Source of the DNA: Candidatus Oxydemutatoraceae bacterium
GTDB taxonomy: Bacteria; Pseudomonadota; Gammaproteobacteria; Poriferisulfidales; Oxydemutatoraceae
Assembly (NCBI GenBank): GCA_965218975.1
Contig: OZ244717.1
Span: 1,088,001 to 1,152,000, forward strand
Length of the DNA stretch: 64,000 bases
Direction of reading: 5' to 3'
Position 1 is the first letter of the stretch. Each line of letters starts with the position of its first letter. The notes beneath the pieces are model-generated. The model was not told where the DNA came from. It saw nothing but the letters and a program-made list of their open reading frames with translations, and did not search any database. A program made the translations under genes and the position numbers. This document shows positions 30,801 to 41,520 of this stretch, one piece after another.

Positions 30801-31834
30801 GAGGCATTGAGCGGCATACTACGGATGTGATTTTCATAATCAATGAGCAAGCTATCTTCCCAGCGCTGTAAAGTCGTTTGTAACAACATCAGCAAAACAC
30901 TTAGCGATAGTGCAATCAATGTGGTATCAAATGCAATCCCTAAAGGCGAGATAGCTTTACCTAGCTCGGACGAAAGCTGGCCAAAATTTTGTTGGGTATT
31001 AATAATGTTTTGAATGCCGTCCGCCGCCAATGAAATTCCCAGAACTGTGCCTATGAAACCTAGTATTGGGATTGCCCAATTAATGTAGCGCGGGATGATA
31101 TAAAAGTCGGCGGATTTTTTCCATAGCAGGTCGATATAATGTTCCGGCGAAGTGGCGCCAGTGGCCTGTAGATTTTGGTAATATGTCTGTATCAACACCG
31201 ATTTCTGTGATACCGTGTTACCCGCAATCAGCTTACCTTCGCGCCAAAGAATATAAGCTTTGTTAACAACCATCAATAATCCCCAGCAGAACAGGAATAC
31301 CGTTAGCGGCGGAATGATGCCGCGATTCAAGAACTTACCGGCGATCCAATTCCATGAGGGATGGTTCAGTTGTAGATAATGAATACTCAGCAAAGCGTAG
31401 GTTGCAATTGTGATTGACATGATGAAGGTAAGTGTCGGCGGCGGCCCCGAAAAAAATACTGTCAGCTTATTCGTTACCGAGTCCTTGCGTTTAGAAATAT
31501 TTGTTTGACTTGATAACAAATATAAAATGTACAGGGCTGAAGTTGCCAGTAACAAAGGAATTGATTTTTCAACTTGTACGTTGGTGCCGCCTAATAGCGG
31601 GGCTAACGCCTGCCAAGAAATTATGGCGCTAATAATGATTAACAATGAGATGCTCGACTGTTCAACGAGTTTTACCGGCTGTTGCTTGAATACATTTTGT
31701 ATTGCCATCAAAATGGCAACGATAATTAAGCCTGCTATCAAACCATATCCAATCGGCAGAGATAGTAGATAAGCAAGACTCGTTCCGGTCAAGGCAAATA
31801 AGGCGGAGGATACGAGAGTGATTGTAAGATTCAT
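30797..31834 (-). CDS. MotA/TolQ/ExbB proton-channel family protein with extra N-terminal TMs
   Basis: WAIPILGFIGTVLGISLA and LGIAFDTTLIAL motifs, with several preceding hydrophobic helices. Confidence 0.85.
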   Translation of the reverse strand: MNLTITLVSSALFALTGTSLAYLLSLPIGYGLIAGLIIVAILMAIQNVFKQQPVKLVEQSSISLLIIISAIISWQALAPLLGGTNVQVEKSIPLLLATSALYILYLLSSQTNISKRKDSVTNKLTVFFSGPPPTLTFIMSITIATYALLSIHYLQLNHPSWNWIAGKFLNRGIIPPLTVFLFCWGLLMVVNKAYILWREGKLIAGNTVSQKSVLIQTYYQNLQATGATSPEHYIDLLWKKSADFYIIPRYINWAIPILGFIGTVLGISLAADGIQNIINTQQNFGQLSSELGKAISPLGIAFDTTLIALSLSVLLMLLQTTLQRWEDSLLIDYENHIRSMPLNAS

Positions 31835-31956
31835 AACTTCTGATGGTCGGTGAATGACTAAATAACTTAAACGTGCATTATTTATATGGGTTAAGCTGGT
31901 AATAGCTCAAGCTTATCATGACAATAAAGTTTGAATTATAGAATATATTCGCGTTA

Positions 31957-32553
31957 ATGAAACAGCTAGAACAGATAGTGCTTTCTGAAAAAATTACTTT
32001 GACCCATATTGTGTTAGGTTCCGGTCTATTGCCGCCATATCCGGATAAAACTGAGCAAATAATTTTCGGACTTGGCTGTTTTTGGGGGGCGGAACGTTGT
32101 TTTTGGCGGATTCCAGGAGTATATGTGACAATGGTAGGTTATGCCGGCGGTGATACGGTCAACCCGAGTTATCAGGACGTATGTTCCGGCACAACCAATC
32201 ACTGCGAAGCGGTGCGAGTTATCTATGACCCGCGACAAGTCTCGTTCAATGCTTTGCTGAAAGTTTTTTGGGAAGCGCACGATCCGACACAAGGGCCGCG
32301 TCAAGGGAATGACGTCGGCACTCAGTACCGTTCCGCTATTTATTCTTTAACCGAGTATCAACATCATTGCGCTTTGAAAAGTAAGGTTCGTTATCAAGCA
32401 TTGTTATCTGAGGCCGGGCGGGGAAAAATAACCACCGAGATTCTTTTGAACCGAACATTCTATTATGCGGAAGACTATCACCAACAGTGCTTAGCAAAAA
32501 ATCCTGATGGTTACTGCGGGCTTAGAGGAACCGGAGTTTGTTTTGTTCGTTGA
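31957..32553 (+). CDS. msrA: Peptide-methionine (S)-S-oxide reductase
   Basis: [37 protein letters not shown]. Confidence 0.95.
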   Translation: MKQLEQIVLSEKITLTHIVLGSGLLPPYPDKTEQIIFGLGCFWGAERCFWRIPGVYVTMVGYAGGDTVNPSYQDVCSGTTNHCEAVRVIYDPRQVSFNALLKVFWEAHDPTQGPRQGNDVGTQYRSAIYSLTEYQHHCALKSKVRYQALLSEAGRGKITTEILLNRTFYYAEDYHQQCLAKNPDGYCGLRGTGVCFVR

Positions 32554-32639
32554 ACGAAGAAGTATAAGGCTGTTTCGATAGCGCTTTTAGATGTTCATCC
32601 GGAGAGGAGCATCATACTGTTTATCTCATAATGCTTATG

Positions 32640-32755
32640 GGCAACAGATTTATGGCTATATCGGATAGCATGGATGCAATCCGCATCTATGAAATTCCTA
32701 AGTGAATAATGAACACGTGCTTTCATCGGCGGATTGGCTTGCTTGGGATAAAAAT
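32640..32755 (+). repeat. 116-bp target-site duplication, left copy
   Basis: ggcaacagattt...gggataaaaat is repeated at 34668-34783. Confidence 0.95.
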
Positions 32756-34667
32756 CTTGACTTCGTAGGTTTTGACCTTTGGGCAAAAAATAAATCTTTT
32801 ATTATCATAGGGTTACCCGGACGCTGCCGAAAAACCCTATTGTAGTGCCCCCAGGCTTGTTTTCACTTGGATTTTAGGTTATCATTCGGGTCTATGTACT
32901 TGCGTGAAAAATATGATCCCGAACGCGGCCGCACTCGCTTGCAGATTGTGCGCTCCGTGCGCACTGCCGATGGTCCCCGTCAGCGTGTGGTGCGGCATAT
33001 CGGCACTGCCGACAGTCCCGAGCAGCTTGCATCTTTGCGCAAGCTCGGCGAGGTCACCTTGGAAGAGCTGCACCAAGCCGGTACAGCACAACAGTCGCTG
33101 TTCACACCGAAGCAGTACGCGGGTCTCGCAGCTGAGGCACGGCGCGCACCACGGCTGGCGCGCTTCGGGGTAGATCTTGCCGAATGCCGTGAGGAGATGC
33201 GGCTGATGCTTGGGGTGCGCGAGGCGTTCACGCAGATTTATTCGCACTTGGGTTGGAACCAGGTGTTGGGGGCGCGGCGCACAGTAGCGAACCGCATCCT
33301 GCGCGAGCTGGTACTGGCGCGTATCGCGCAGCCGCAGAGCAAGCGCGCTACGGTGTGCGAGCTCGAACGAAGCGGCGTTTCGCTCAATCTCGACCGGGTT
33401 TACCAGACTATGGATCACCTTGAGGAGGCGGTGATCGCACGCATCCGGGAACAGTCTCATCAGGCGGCACAGAAGTTGTATGATCAGCCCCTCAAGGTGT
33501 TCTTCTTTGATTGCACGACCCTGTACTTCGAGAGCGAGCAAGAGGACCCGTTGCGCGCGAAAGGTTATAGTAAGGACGGCAAGCCGCACCGCTGCCAGGT
33601 GTTACTGGCACTGATGACGACCTGCGACGGTCTGCCGGTGGACTACGCACTGTTGCCGGGCAACACCTTTGAGGGCAAAACCTTGATGCAGGCAGTGACA
33701 AGTCTGCAACAGAGACATCCGGGTGCTGTATTTACAGTAGTGGCCGATGCGGCGATGCTGAGCCGTGAGAACCAGACATTCCTGCAGGAGCAGGGCTTGG
33801 CCTATGTGCTCGGCTATCGTCTCAAGTCGGCCCCGGCCAAGATCAAGCTGCAGGCCCTCAGTGCAGCAGACGATCAAGGCTGGCTCAAAACGCAGGACCT
33901 GCGTTACCGGATGATTCGCCACGAAGGCCGGCGGATCATAGTCACCTATTCACGCCGGCGCGCGCGCAAGGATCAAGAAGTTCGGGAGCGCATATTGTCA
34001 CAGTTGCGCCGGAAGTATCAACGCAGCGAGCGCCCGGCAGGTTTCGTGGCGCGCGGCTATGCCTGTTACTTAAGCTTCCCCGCAAAGGGCCGGGTTAAGA
34101 TTGATGCGGCCAAGGTGGCCGATGCGGCGCGTTGGGACGGCCTGCGCGCAATCATCGCGCACGGCAACGAGGAGATGGCGCCAAAGGAATTGCTGTCGCA
34201 GTACCGTCGGTTGTGGGAAGTAGAACATTGCTTTCGCACCAACAAGCATGACCTTTGCATCCGCCCGATCTTTCACTGGAAGCCGTGGCGTATCCAGGCA
34301 CACATTGCGATCTGCTACATGGCCTTCTGCTGCTTGCAGCAGCTGCGCCGGCGGCTTAAGGCACTGGGCTTCCCGATGAGCGCGGAACGGATCCGGCGCG
34401 AGCTCGACACCTTGCAGTTGAGCATCTTGGTATGTACCGACACACAGAAGCGGTATGCGATGCCGAGCCGCGCGAGTGCGGACGCCAATAGGATCTACCG
34501 TAGTGTCGGCCTGAAATGGAACGAAGCTCCGTTCCCGCTTCCCGACAAGTCACGCCCTGGGGGAAGCTGAGCGCGGAGGGCTACAAACAACACCGTAATG
34601 TAGTGCCCTTGAGAATCCTGAAGGCAATAATATCAATCACTTACGAGACAAAACCTACGAAGTCAAG
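32756..34667 (+). mobile_element. IS1634-family insertion sequence, copy 2 (1912 bp)
   Basis: Same 19-bp TIRs and length as copy 1. Confidence 0.95.
32894..34570 (+). CDS. IS1634-family DDE transposase
   Basis: Near-identical to 5737-7413. Confidence 0.93.
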   Translation: MYLREKYDPERGRTRLQIVRSVRTADGPRQRVVRHIGTADSPEQLASLRKLGEVTLEELHQAGTAQQSLFTPKQYAGLAAEARRAPRLARFGVDLAECREEMRLMLGVREAFTQIYSHLGWNQVLGARRTVANRILRELVLARIAQPQSKRATVCELERSGVSLNLDRVYQTMDHLEEAVIARIREQSHQAAQKLYDQPLKVFFFDCTTLYFESEQEDPLRAKGYSKDGKPHRCQVLLALMTTCDGLPVDYALLPGNTFEGKTLMQAVTSLQQRHPGAVFTVVADAAMLSRENQTFLQEQGLAYVLGYRLKSAPAKIKLQALSAADDQGWLKTQDLRYRMIRHEGRRIIVTYSRRRARKDQEVRERILSQLRRKYQRSERPAGFVARGYACYLSFPAKGRVKIDAAKVADAARWDGLRAIIAHGNEEMAPKELLSQYRRLWEVEHCFRTNKHDLCIRPIFHWKPWRIQAHIAICYMAFCCLQQLRRRLKALGFPMSAERIRRELDTLQLSILVCTDTQKRYAMPSRASADANRIYRSVGLKWNEAPFPLPDKSRPGGS

Positions 34668-34783
34668 GGCAACAGATTTATGGCTATATCGGATAGCATG
34701 GATGCAATCCGCATCTATGAAATTCCTAAGTGAATAATGAACACGTGCTTTCATCGGCGGATTGGCTTGCTTGGGATAAAAAT
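34668..34783 (+). repeat. 116-bp target-site duplication, right copy
   Basis: Direct repeat of 32640-32755. Confidence 0.95.
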
Positions 34784-34835
34784 AATGCTTGATACTTTGT
34801 GTTAAATCCGGCAAGTTAAAATTATGCCGATATGG

Positions 34836-36938
34836 TTATACTTTGTTTTCTGCAAAAGCTTTTAAAATAAATGTATACGCTAAAGCAACTTCCTTCAGAT
34901 AATCGAAACGCCCTGCCGCTCCCGCGTGTCCCGCTGTCAGGTTAGTTTTAAGCAGCAGCAAGTTATCGTCGGTTTTCAATGCGCGCAGTTTCGCAACCCA
35001 TTTGGCAGGTTCCCAATAAGTAACGCGCGGGTCGCTCACTCCCGCAGTAACTAAAATTGCGGGATATGCTTGTTGTTGAACATTATCATAAGGTGAGTAA
35101 GCAGCGATGGATTCAAATGTTTCTCGATGAGTTATAGGATTACCCCATTCGTTCCATTCGGGTGGTGTTAATGGCAGTGTGTCATCGCAGATGGTATTTA
35201 GCACGTCAACAAAAGGAACATCGGCAATTGCAGCGCGAAATAATCTGTTCCCTCGATTGAGCACTGCGCCAATTAACATTCCTCCTGCCGAACCGCCATG
35301 GATTGCGATTTGTTCCGATGCACAAAATCGTTTATCTGTCAAATTTTTGGCAACAGCGATAAAGTCATCGAAAGTATTCGTTTTGTGGCGAAGCTTTCCG
35401 GCGGTATACCAAGCATAACCCTTATCAGTACCGCCGCGCACATGAGCAATTGCATAGACAAACCCCCGGTTCACTAACGATAAGCGATTCGGCGAGAAAG
35501 CAGCGGGAACAGAATATCCGTAAGCTCCATAACCGTATAGAAGTAACGGTGAGTTACTATTTGCCGGTGTATCTTTTTTATACAAAATACTAATAGGAAT
35601 ACTTGCTTCGTCATCGGCGACCGCTGTGAGGCGATGTGTGACATAATCTTCCGGACAATGCCCGCTGGGAATTTCTTGTTGTTTAACCAGCATGCGCGTT
35701 TGTTTTTCCATGTGATAGTCATAGGTGCGCTGCGGTGTCGTCATAGATGAATATATAAAGCGCAGCACCGGACTGCGGTAATCTAGCGTTGGAACGATGT
35801 CAAGGTGATAGGTTTCTTCATCAAAGGCAATACGATGCACACCGGTCTCGCTTGCTTCGTTGAGCGATGTTACAAGCAATTTGGGTAAAGCATTTTCTAT
35901 TTCCAAGCAAACAAGAAAATGTTCGCTGATGAAAAAACGTTTGAGCAGAGCATTATTGACCGGCAGATAAAAATCATGCCAATGTTCTCGTCCGGGTGTC
36001 TTGATCGGTGTGGTGCATAGCTTATAGTTTTGCCGTCCGTCGGCATTGGTCATAATAAATAAAACATCGTTTCTTTCTTCCACATTGTATTCAACACCGA
36101 TTTCCCTAGGGTGGACAAGGATTGGCCGGCTCTGCGGTTGAATGGCTGAGAGTAGGCGTACTTCGGAAGTGATGTGGTCGTGGGCATTGATTACGATAAA
36201 ACGCCGCGATCGTGTTTTGCCTAAGTTAATAAAAAATCCCGGGTCGGGTTCACGGTATAGTAAAGTATCGTTTTCCGGGTTATCGCCGAGGCGATGTAAG
36301 CGTACGCAATCCGGTCGGTGGTTTTCATCTAAAGTGACATAGACGATACTGCGGCTGCTTTCAGTCCAAACAAGGTTGCTTTGAATATTGTCAAGGCGGT
36401 CGTCGAGTTGTTTTCCGGTGTGTAAATCGCGAATATATAGTTGATAGGTTTCGCTGCCGCTGGTATCGATATTGTAGGCAAAGTAGCGGTGGTCGGGGCT
36501 GTGCGCACATTCACCATTTTCGAAATAAGCAAATTTCTGCGCTTCGACATTGCAATCGAGTAAAATTTCTTCGTTTGCCGGATTAGTGCCTGAGTAACGG
36601 CAGAAAATCGGATGCTGACGATCTTTGCGCCAACGCGTGTAATAAGCAAATTCCCCATCCCAATCCGGGACCGATTGATCATCTTCTTTAATACGCGCTC
36701 TAAGTTCGCTAAACAGTTCGGCGTGTAGGGTCTGTTCGGATTGCATGACTGCTTCGGTATAATGGTTTTCGTCCTCCAAGTATTGTTTGATTTCCGGTGC
36801 GAGTACACGGGGATTTTTGATCACGTCCTGCCAATTATGCGCGCGCAGCCACGCGTAGTCATCTTTCCATGTGATGCCGTGCAACGTCTGCCATGTGGTT
36901 TTTTTATTTGCTATAGGGGGGCGGATAATCTTTTTCAC
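34836..36938 (-). CDS. ptrB: Oligopeptidase B (S9A)
   Basis: DDYAWLR, YGYGAYG, AHVRGG, GGSAGG, VPFVDV, EWGNP, DPRVTYWEPAKW, AGH. Confidence 0.93.
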   Translation of the reverse strand: MKKIIRPPIANKKTTWQTLHGITWKDDYAWLRAHNWQDVIKNPRVLAPEIKQYLEDENHYTEAVMQSEQTLHAELFSELRARIKEDDQSVPDWDGEFAYYTRWRKDRQHPIFCRYSGTNPANEEILLDCNVEAQKFAYFENGECAHSPDHRYFAYNIDTSGSETYQLYIRDLHTGKQLDDRLDNIQSNLVWTESSRSIVYVTLDENHRPDCVRLHRLGDNPENDTLLYREPDPGFFINLGKTRSRRFIVINAHDHITSEVRLLSAIQPQSRPILVHPREIGVEYNVEERNDVLFIMTNADGRQNYKLCTTPIKTPGREHWHDFYLPVNNALLKRFFISEHFLVCLEIENALPKLLVTSLNEASETGVHRIAFDEETYHLDIVPTLDYRSPVLRFIYSSMTTPQRTYDYHMEKQTRMLVKQQEIPSGHCPEDYVTHRLTAVADDEASIPISILYKKDTPANSNSPLLLYGYGAYGYSVPAAFSPNRLSLVNRGFVYAIAHVRGGTDKGYAWYTAGKLRHKTNTFDDFIAVAKNLTDKRFCASEQIAIHGGSAGGMLIGAVLNRGNRLFRAAIADVPFVDVLNTICDDTLPLTPPEWNEWGNPITHRETFESIAAYSPYDNVQQQAYPAILVTAGVSDPRVTYWEPAKWVAKLRALKTDDNLLLLKTNLTAGHAGAAGRFDYLKEVALAYTFILKAFAENKV

Positions 36939-37058
36939 TTAAGCAGTTTGGATGTTTTTACCGGGTTGAGGTAACATATTGAGAATGATATATGCATATC
37001 TGCTTGTTGAAATTATACGGTCATAATATATCTTTGGAAGAAGCATTTTCAGATTGCT

Positions 37059-37134
37059 GGGGCGGTAGCTCAGTTGGGAGAGCGTCGCGTTCGCATCGCG
37101 AAGGTCGGGAGTTCGAATCTCCTTCGCTCCACCA
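37059..37134 (+). tRNA. tRNA-Ala(CGC)
   Basis: G3-U70 acceptor pair, anticodon arm tcgcg-ttCGCat-cgcga, GTTCGAATC, 3' CCA. Confidence 0.95.
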
Positions 37135-37573
37135 AGGACGATTCATTGTTTCGTTCGATGTTTCATACAGCGAGTTGTACGGTTTTAAAGCTAAGCGGAC
37201 AGTATAGCCGTCTGAAAGACGGCAGGTTGGGGTGGTTAGGTTAATGATTACTTTTTCTCTCGCAAAAAGTCGCTTGATAGATTTGTTCTTGTTTAGATCG
37301 GTATGTCCGTTATGCGCGGGTGTGCATTTTGGAGCCGCAATAGCAATAATAGTCATACGCTGAATGTATTTAACAGCCGCTTATATTTGTCATCAAATGT
37401 TGATTTCAATTAGCCCGCAAGAATTTGATGGTTCGGCGTTGTGCAAAACTATACTCCTTTACTAGTAACGATAGTAAAGGAGAAAGGAGCGAACTCCCGA
37501 CCTTCGCGATGCGAACGCGTATTCTTTTTCAGCCGAATTACCATTCGGAGATTACCGCACTATACTATGGAGT

Positions 37574-38113
37574 ATGCGGAACATGCGGAAACAACGTGCG
37601 CACAAACGGCTGTTTATTGCGATCAAACCTGATGCGTCTGCAATTACATCCTTGCTGGAAGCGCAGCGCAAAATTATTTCAGCGCAAGTGCGCTTGATTC
37701 CGGCAGAAAATTTGCACATGACTTTGGCCTTTATAGGCAACGCGTCTATGAAATACCAACAGTGTCTGAAAACAGCCGCTGCCGAAGTGCGTATGCAGCC
37801 GTTTCCTTTGCAGTTGGATCGATACGGCATCTTTGCCAAACGACAAACTTTATGGGTCGGGACTTCCGTCTCCAACGCAGCGTTGATCGAGTTACACCGG
37901 CGGCTACATCGTGCTTTAGTGTCTTGCGGTTTCAGTTCTAAGCAGAAATTCCGTCCGCATGTGACGCTGCTGAGAAAATCTGCGATAGTAACCATACCCG
38001 AAGATGTGCCGGCGGTTGAATTCTTCGTTGATTATTTCTTGCTGATGCAATCTGTTTTCGCTAAAGATGGCGTTCGTTATCGTTCCCTTTGCGAGTTTGC
38101 ATTAAAGGAGTAG
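37574..38113 (+). CDS. thpR: RNA 2',3'-cyclic phosphodiesterase (2H family)
   Basis: RLFIAI, NLHMTLAF, PHVTL. Confidence 0.9.
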   Translation: MRNMRKQRAHKRLFIAIKPDASAITSLLEAQRKIISAQVRLIPAENLHMTLAFIGNASMKYQQCLKTAAAEVRMQPFPLQLDRYGIFAKRQTLWVGTSVSNAALIELHRRLHRALVSCGFSSKQKFRPHVTLLRKSAIVTIPEDVPAVEFFVDYFLLMQSVFAKDGVRYRSLCEFALKE

Positions 38114-38563
38114 TATACTGATACTACTTCGTGTATCCCGGATGCTATTGACATGGATTTACGCTTTGAGTTGCGGTAGTAATCAACAGCCATGCCAATC
38201 GCGTTGCCGCTAAAATTCCCCAAGTTGATATTCCCGGTGTTCTCCCGTCAGTTTATTTAATACTTATCCAATAACGACAACAAATTTCAAGGTCAATTTG
38301 ATCAAGCCGCTAGATGTATGGCTGCTATTGAGCATCGGTTGACCTATTCCAACTTGAGCGTTTCAGCTGCGCTATATAAGGAGACTTTGTGGATGATGAG
38401 AGGCCATTGTTTACGGATTTGAATGACCTTGACGAATGTTTATGTCATACTTGGGATAATATGACATGCGCCGAGTGCATACCAACTTAGGTCAACAATT
38501 TCCATGCCGGAGGTTGATTTAAAGTGTTCTAAAAATTCGAAACATATTAACATTGCACGTTTT

Positions 38564-38592
38564 TTGACATTTTCCCACTTTCAGCGGATAAT
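38564..38592 (+). promoter_or_regulatory. Sigma70 promoter of the tRNA-tuf operon with GC-rich discriminator
   Basis: TTGACA-17 bp-GATAAT followed by acgccgcc, just upstream of tRNA-Tyr. Confidence 0.8.
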
Positions 38593-38608
38593 ACGCCGCC
38601 TTTAGCCG

Positions 38609-38693
38609 GGAGGGGTACCTAAGCGGTCAACGGGGGCAGACTGTAAATCTGCTGGCTTTGCCTTCGTAGGTTCGAATCCTACCCCCTCCACCA
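38609..38693 (+). tRNA. tRNA-Tyr(GTA)
   Basis: GGAGGGG/CCCCTCC acceptor, ctGTAaa loop, long variable arm, CCA. Confidence 0.96.
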
Positions 38694-38790
38694 GTTTAAT
38701 GTTGCCGATGCATATACTGGGAGGAGGGGTAGGTAGGAATACCGCCCGGGAGTCAGCGATCTAGAATTGGTGAAATACAGAAACTAGATC

Positions 38791-38864
<74 letters not shown>

Positions 38865-38908
38865 TCGGCAGGAAAGATAGTGGGTAAGCTAGCTATTGAT
38901 TGTTTCTT

Positions 38909-38980
<72 letters not shown>

Positions 38981-39034
38981 CCGCAAATTTTTTATTGTGG
39001 CCCGCAAGCGTAATTTTTTGGAAGTGGAACCGTA

Positions 39035-40219
39035 ATGTCTAAAGAGAGATTTGAACGAACGAAGCCGCATATTAATGTAGGCACGATAGGTCATGTTGAC
39101 CATGGCAAAACAACATTGACGGCGGCGCTGACGAAAGTGATGTCGGCAAAGCAAGGCGGTGAATTCAAGCCGTATGAAGATATTGATAATGCGCCGGAAG
39201 AACGCGAACGCGGGATTACAATCGCGACGGCGCATGTTGAGTATGAATCGAACCGGCGTCATTATGCGCATGTGGATTGTCCGGGGCATGCGGATTATGT
39301 CAAGAATATGATTACGGGTGCGGCGCAAATGGACGGTGCGATTCTGGTTGTAAGCGCTGCGGACGGTCCGATGCCGCAAACGCGTGAGCACATTTTGTTG
39401 GCGCGTCAGGTTGGCGTTCCGTATATTGTCGTGTATTTGAACAAGTCGGACATGATGGACGATGCGGAGTTAATGGAGTTAGTGGAAATGGAAGTGCGTG
39501 ATTTATTGAGCCGTTATGAATTTCCTGGAGATGAGACGCCGATTATTTCCGGTTCGGCATTGCAGGCTTTGGTAGGCGACGGTATGGGGGAGGAATCAAT
39601 CGAGAAGTTGGTGGTGGCGATGGACAGTTATATTCCGGAACCGGAGCGTGCGATAGACGGAGACTTTTTGATGCCGGTGGAAGACGTTTTTTCGATATCG
39701 GGTCGCGGGACGGTTGTCACGGGGCGTATAGAGCGCGGCATGGTAAAGATTGGAGATACGGTATCGATCGTAGGAATTAAATCGACTCAAGAGACGACGT
39801 GTACCGGAGTCGAGATGTTTCGGAAGTTATTGGATGAGGGTCGAGCGGGTGACAATGTTGGGATATTATTGCGTGGCACGAAGCGCGATGAAGTGGAACG
39901 CGGTCAAGTATTATGTAAGCCGAACAGTATTACGCCGCATACGAAGTTTGAGGCGGAGGTTTATATTTTGTCGAAAGAAGAGGGGGGGCGACACACGCCT
40001 TTTTTCAAGGGTTATCGTCCGCAGTTTTATTTTCGGACAACGGATGTAACGGGTGAAGTAGAGTTACCGTCGGATGTTGAGATGGTGATGCCGGGAGACA
40101 ATATCAAGATGGTAGTGAATCTGATCGCGCCGATTGCGATGGAAGAGGGTTTGCGTTTTGCGGTACGCGAGGGGGGCCGCACAGTCGGTGCGGGTATTGT
40201 CACAAAAGTGATCGAATAA
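39035..40219 (+). CDS. tuf: Elongation factor Tu
   Basis: [24 protein letters not shown]. Confidence 0.99.
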   Translation: MSKERFERTKPHINVGTIGHVDHGKTTLTAALTKVMSAKQGGEFKPYEDIDNAPEERERGITIATAHVEYESNRRHYAHVDCPGHADYVKNMITGAAQMDGAILVVSAADGPMPQTREHILLARQVGVPYIVVYLNKSDMMDDAELMELVEMEVRDLLSRYEFPGDETPIISGSALQALVGDGMGEESIEKLVVAMDSYIPEPERAIDGDFLMPVEDVFSISGRGTVVTGRIERGMVKIGDTVSIVGIKSTQETTCTGVEMFRKLLDEGRAGDNVGILLRGTKRDEVERGQVLCKPNSITPHTKFEAEVYILSKEEGGRHTPFFKGYRPQFYFRTTDVTGEVELPSDVEMVMPGDNIKMVVNLIAPIAMEEGLRFAVREGGRTVGAGIVTKVIE

Positions 40220-40249
40220 GAATTTTTTGATAAAAAGAGAGTTAAGTTA

Positions 40250-40564
40250 ATGGAAAGCAGACAACGAATCAGGATCAGGTTGAAAGCGTTTGACTATCGT
40301 TTGATCGATAAATCTGCTTTGGAAATTTCAGAAACTGCTCGTCGCACCGGTGCGCGAGTAAAAGGTCCGATCCCTTTACCGACGCGTAAAGAAAGATTCA
40401 CTTTATTGATTTCACCGCATGTCGATAAAGATGCGCGTGATCAGTATGAAATTAGAACGCATAAGCGTTTGATGGACATTCTCGATCCGACGAATAAGAC
40501 GGTGGATTCGTTGATGAAGTTAGATTTACCGGCGGGAGTGGATGTCCAAATTAAACTGAATTAA
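40250..40564 (+). CDS. rpsJ: 30S ribosomal protein S10
   Basis: [24 protein letters not shown]. Confidence 0.98.
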   Translation: MESRQRIRIRLKAFDYRLIDKSALEISETARRTGARVKGPIPLPTRKERFTLLISPHVDKDARDQYEIRTHKRLMDILDPTNKTVDSLMKLDLPAGVDVQIKLN

Positions 40565-40656
40565 CGGAGGCGACTAAACAAAATAGCGTGAGATGCGTTA
40601 TAAACATCGCTTTTTTTAATTGCTATATATGAACTGTGAGCTAAATATAGGAACTT

Positions 40657-41520
40657 ATGATGCCGGTCGGGATGATTGGGAAAAAACTTGGTATGACACG
40701 GGTATTTACCGAAACGGGTGTATCTCTTCCGGTAACGGTTGTACATGCGCCGGTGAACCGGGTTGTTCAGGTTAAAACTCCCGACACCGACGGTTATTTT
40801 GCGCTTCAATTAACTGCCGGCACAGCTAAACCTTCCAAACTTAGCAAAGCGGTCGCTAAACATTACGCAAAAGTTGAAGTAGATTGCGGTAGAGTTTTAC
40901 GCGAATTTTGCATTGCCGAAGAAGAGCAAAGAAAAGTTGGCGACGAGATTCGCGTTACCGTATTTGGCGTTGGAGAGAGTGTCGATGTGGTCGGGATTAG
41001 CAAAGGCAAAGGCACTGCCGGCACGGTTAAGCGACATAACTTTCGGATGCAGGATGCCACTCACGGCAACTCGGTTTCACATCGTGCTCTGGGTTCAACC
41101 GGTCAATGCCAGTTACCCGGGCGAGTATTAAAAGGAAAGAAGATGGCGGGGCGTATGGGTTTTGCAAGAGTAACTGTGAAGAATCTAAAAGTGGTAAACG
41201 TTGATGAAAATCGCGAGTTATTATTAATTCGCGGAGCAATTCCCGGCAGTTGCGGCAGCGAAGTACTGATTCATCATAGAAAGCTGGTTCCTTCGGCGGA
41301 GGAGTTGAAAGATGCACCAGGAGAGCGGCAGGTTAAAGAAACTACGGAAGCGACGATGACAGATACTGAGTCCGGAACAATTGCGGCCGGCCAACAAGCT
41401 GGCGTTTCAGCGGATGATAATATGTCCGTTAAGCAATCTAAAGCCGATGCACCGGATATTCCTTCACCGACAATCGCTAAGACGACTGATGCTAGCGCAA
41501 GTAAAGAAGAGAAAGAGTAA
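40657..41520 (+). CDS. rplC: 50S ribosomal protein L3 with C-terminal extension
   Basis: GKKLGMT, SKGKG, HGNS.SHR, GKKMAG. Confidence 0.97.
   Translation: MMPVGMIGKKLGMTRVFTETGVSLPVTVVHAPVNRVVQVKTPDTDGYFALQLTAGTAKPSKLSKAVAKHYAKVEVDCGRVLREFCIAEEEQRKVGDEIRVTVFGVGESVDVVGISKGKGTAGTVKRHNFRMQDATHGNSVSHRALGSTGQCQLPGRVLKGKKMAGRMGFARVTVKNLKVVNVDENRELLLIRGAIPGSCGSEVLIHHRKLVPSAEELKDAPGERQVKETTEATMTDTESGTIAAGQQAGVSADDNMSVKQSKADAPDIPSPTIAKTTDASASKEEKE

Noticed and set aside
28519-31834. Zorya (ZorAB) assignment for the MotA-like operon
   Set aside because: No long cytoplasmic ZorA tail, no OmpA-like ZorB domain and no ZorC/D/E genes are visible.
37207-37223. GCCGTCTGAA (Neisseria DNA uptake sequence) within a hairpin
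   Set aside because: Only one occurrence noticed; better explained as a small hairpin downstream of tRNA-Ala.
37360-37376. LexA box-like CTG...CAG
   Set aside because: Spacing is 11 nt rather than 10; no convincing SOS box was seen near uvrA or ssb either.
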